NCBI GenBank assembly: GCA_973895155.1
Contig: OZ316897.1
Location: 19,168,168 to 19,232,167, forward strand
From: Marsupella aquatica
Taxonomy: Eukaryota; Plantae; Marchantiophyta
DNA: 64,000 bases
Direction of reading: 5' to 3'
The notes beneath the pieces are model-generated. The model had not been told where the DNA came from and searched no databases. It saw nothing but the letters and a program-made list of their open reading frames with translations. Both the position numbers and the translations under genes were made by a program. Shown here piece after piece: positions 61,520 through 64,000 of this stretch (its first letter is position 1; each line of letters opens with the position of its first letter).

Positions 61520-64000
61520 ATGTTTAGGAGGTGACGAGGTTTTTCTGTGACGGTTTTCCAGCGTTCATTGTTGGTGTTGCATTCGGGGTTTCGTCACATG
61601 AAACTCGAATGTGTGTGGCTGAGCGAATAGGTTAGTGAGAGGGCTTTCTAACGGTGGTTAGAACTTGCTGATCGGTATCCGTGGTGCGGAGGAATTGAAG
61701 TTTGCATCGTTCAGGGTTTATTCGTGTTCGACGGGATTTCGGGGGAGCAGACAGAAGAATTTGTATGTGTTACAGGGCAATACTGTATGTGCAGAGGCCA
61801 ATGTAACCAAGTCTCATGAGAAGATGACTCAACTATGGCATTCACGGCTAGGCCACCTGAGTGAGAAGGGTTTGGCTATCTTACGGAAGAATGGACTCAT
61901 TTTTGATTTGCAATCTTGTAAATTAGAGTTCTGTGAGCATTGCATTCTTGGAAAGCAACATCGTCGTGCTTTCGGTGTTGGAACTCATCGTTCCAAAGCG
62001 GTTCTTAAGTACATACATAGTGACGTGTGGGATCCATCCCTGACTCCCTCACACTCTGGAAAGTTGTACTATGTATCATTTATTGACGATTACTCAAAAT
62101 TTATGTGGATTTATTTCATGACGCATAAGTCTGATGTCTTGTCCATTTTTAAGAAATGGAAGGCCCAGGTGGAGAATCAGACTGGAAACACGATCAAATG
62201 TTTGGATACAAGGATGAAGAGTGAGGTCAGACAACCGCGGGGAGTACACTTCAATGGAATTTGAAGAGTACTATTCAGAATAGGGGATAACTCGCCATCT
62301 CACCACAGTTTATACTCCGCAGCAGAAAAGTGTCGCTGAGAGGCTCAATCGAACACTGTTGGAGCGGTCACGGAGTATGTTGAGCCAATCAGGTTTACCA
62401 CAAGAATTTTGGGCAGAAGCTGTCAATACCGCAGCTTATTTGGTAAATCTTTCTCCTTCTAGTGCTATCAATTTCAAAACGCCGTTTGAGATGCGCTATA
62501 AGCGGCAAGCAGACTATCATGGCTTGATAGTTTTTGGAAGTGATGCATATGCTCTCACACCGAAGTAGAATAGGACCAAGTTGGATCCTACCTCCAAGAA
62601 ATATATTTTTCTTGGGTACCAGAGTGGTGTGAAAGCCTATAGGCTATGGGATCCTATTGCCTGTAAGCTCATTGTCAGGGATGTTTCCTTCAATGAATCC
62701 AGATTATTGAAGGAGGGGGAGAATACTCAGGTCTCCCGTATTGACAAAGGAAAATCTCCTATCCCGGATCTCATTGAGGGGGAGATTGGTCATGAGGTGC
62801 ATGACCGGAGAGAAGCAGTTGCTCCAATTATGGAGTTGGTTCCTATGCCAGAGGAACCAAAGGAGTTTGTTGATGCTGGTGAGCAGCAAGTGGATGTTGC
62901 TAAGCTTCAAATTGTACCAGCACACGCAGATCAACCGGAGTCATCGGCTAGAAGAGCATCTGGTCGCACTGTACGCGCTCCACCAAGGTATGGACAGTGG
63001 GTTGATTCATCTCAATTGCAAGAGGAGGACTTTGTTACTGATGATGAGCGTGACGCGTTGATTTTGGAAGAAGGGGAACCTTCTTCATTTCATGAAGCAA
63101 GTGCTTCAAAGGGAAAGCAGGAGTGGGCTGTAGCTGCAATGCAAACAGAAATGCAGTCACTAAAGGACAACAAAACTTGGGAGCTTGTCAAGCTACCTGA
63201 GGGACAGCAAGTGGTGGACAGCAAGTGGATATACAAGCTGAAGGATCAGTCCACAGGAGGTGGATCGAAGGTCTACAAGGCTAGGTTGGTAGCCAAGGGA
63301 TTCACACAGGAAAAAGGTGTGGATTACAATGAGGTCTTCTCACCAGTTGCTAAGTACTCAACAATACGGCTATTGTGTGTGCTTGTTGTTATGTTTGGTC
63401 TGCTGCTAGATCAGATGGATGTTGTCACAGCTTTCCTCTATGGCACCTTGAAAAAGGTGATCTTCATGAGACAGCCGCTAGGTTTTGTGAAGAAAGGGCA
63501 AGAAGATTTGGTTTGCAGATTGCTGAGATTCTTGTACAGGTTGAAGCAATCACCAAGACAGCGGAATAAAATTTGATGATTGGATCCGTGCACAAGGCTT
63601 TCACAGGAGTGTGTTTGACCCATGTGTGTATCTTAAACCGATGAAGAATGTTGTTTTTGGGTTCATTGTTTTAGTACTTTATGTGGATGACATGCTTATT
63701 GTGGCCAAGGATAGGTCTGAGATTGTTAAGCTAAAGGCACTGCTTAGTGCAGAGTTTAAGATGAAGGACTTAGGGCCAGCTAAGAGAATTTTGGGTATGG
63801 AGATCACTAGGGACTTGAAGGCTAGTAAGCTATGGTTGACGCAGAGTTGTTTTGCAAGGAAGGTAATTGCAAGGTTCGACGTGGGGGATAGCAAGCCAGT
63901 AAGTACCCTGTTGGCTCCACACTTCAAGTTGTCATCAGCTTTCTGTCCTACGGATGACACAGAGAAGGGGTTGATGTCAAAGGTTCCGTATGACAAGGCA

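Larger units (their letters stand above)
61162..64000 (+). mobile_element. Ty1/Copia LTR retrotransposon, defective, running off the window
   Basis: LWHSRLGH...CEHC (gag-pre-integrase/zinc), IHSDVW, FIDDYS and FWAEAV (integrase), FLGY..GVKAYRLWDP, then RT motifs YKARLVAKGFTQ, QMDVVTAFL and LYVDDML. Integrase-before-RT order. Several stops and frameshifts. Confidence 0.97.

Overview
Eukaryotic nuclear DNA from a non-seed land plant, most likely a bryophyte such as a liverwort; the HIP-type aquaporin and the H+-ATPase lacking the penultimate Thr point that way. Bases 1-17701 are a three-way nest of CACTA (En/Spm) DNA transposons. The innermost element (6992-16713, CACTACAACA TIRs, ATT target-site duplication) looks intact. 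It encodes a ~1119-aa TnpD transposase, a divergently transcribed TnpA-like protein, and an intact SET-domain exon inside the first coding intron of the transposase gene. The zinc-finger-like first coding exon can splice in frame to either the SET exon or the transposase exons, so the element may make its own zinc-finger/SET chromatin modifier by alternative splicing; this is the main finding. Further along are palindromic repeat arrays, a non-autonomous TIR element (22415-25289), a decayed RPA1-like fragment, an intronless frameshifted plasma-membrane H+-ATPase, an ATXR1/SMYD-like SET pseudogene, a 548-aa orphan ORF, a kinase-less L-type lectin membrane protein with a repeat tail, a six-exon HIP aquaporin, and the 5' part of a gag/protease-deleted Copia retrotransposon. 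All family calls come from motif reading by eye, with no database search.
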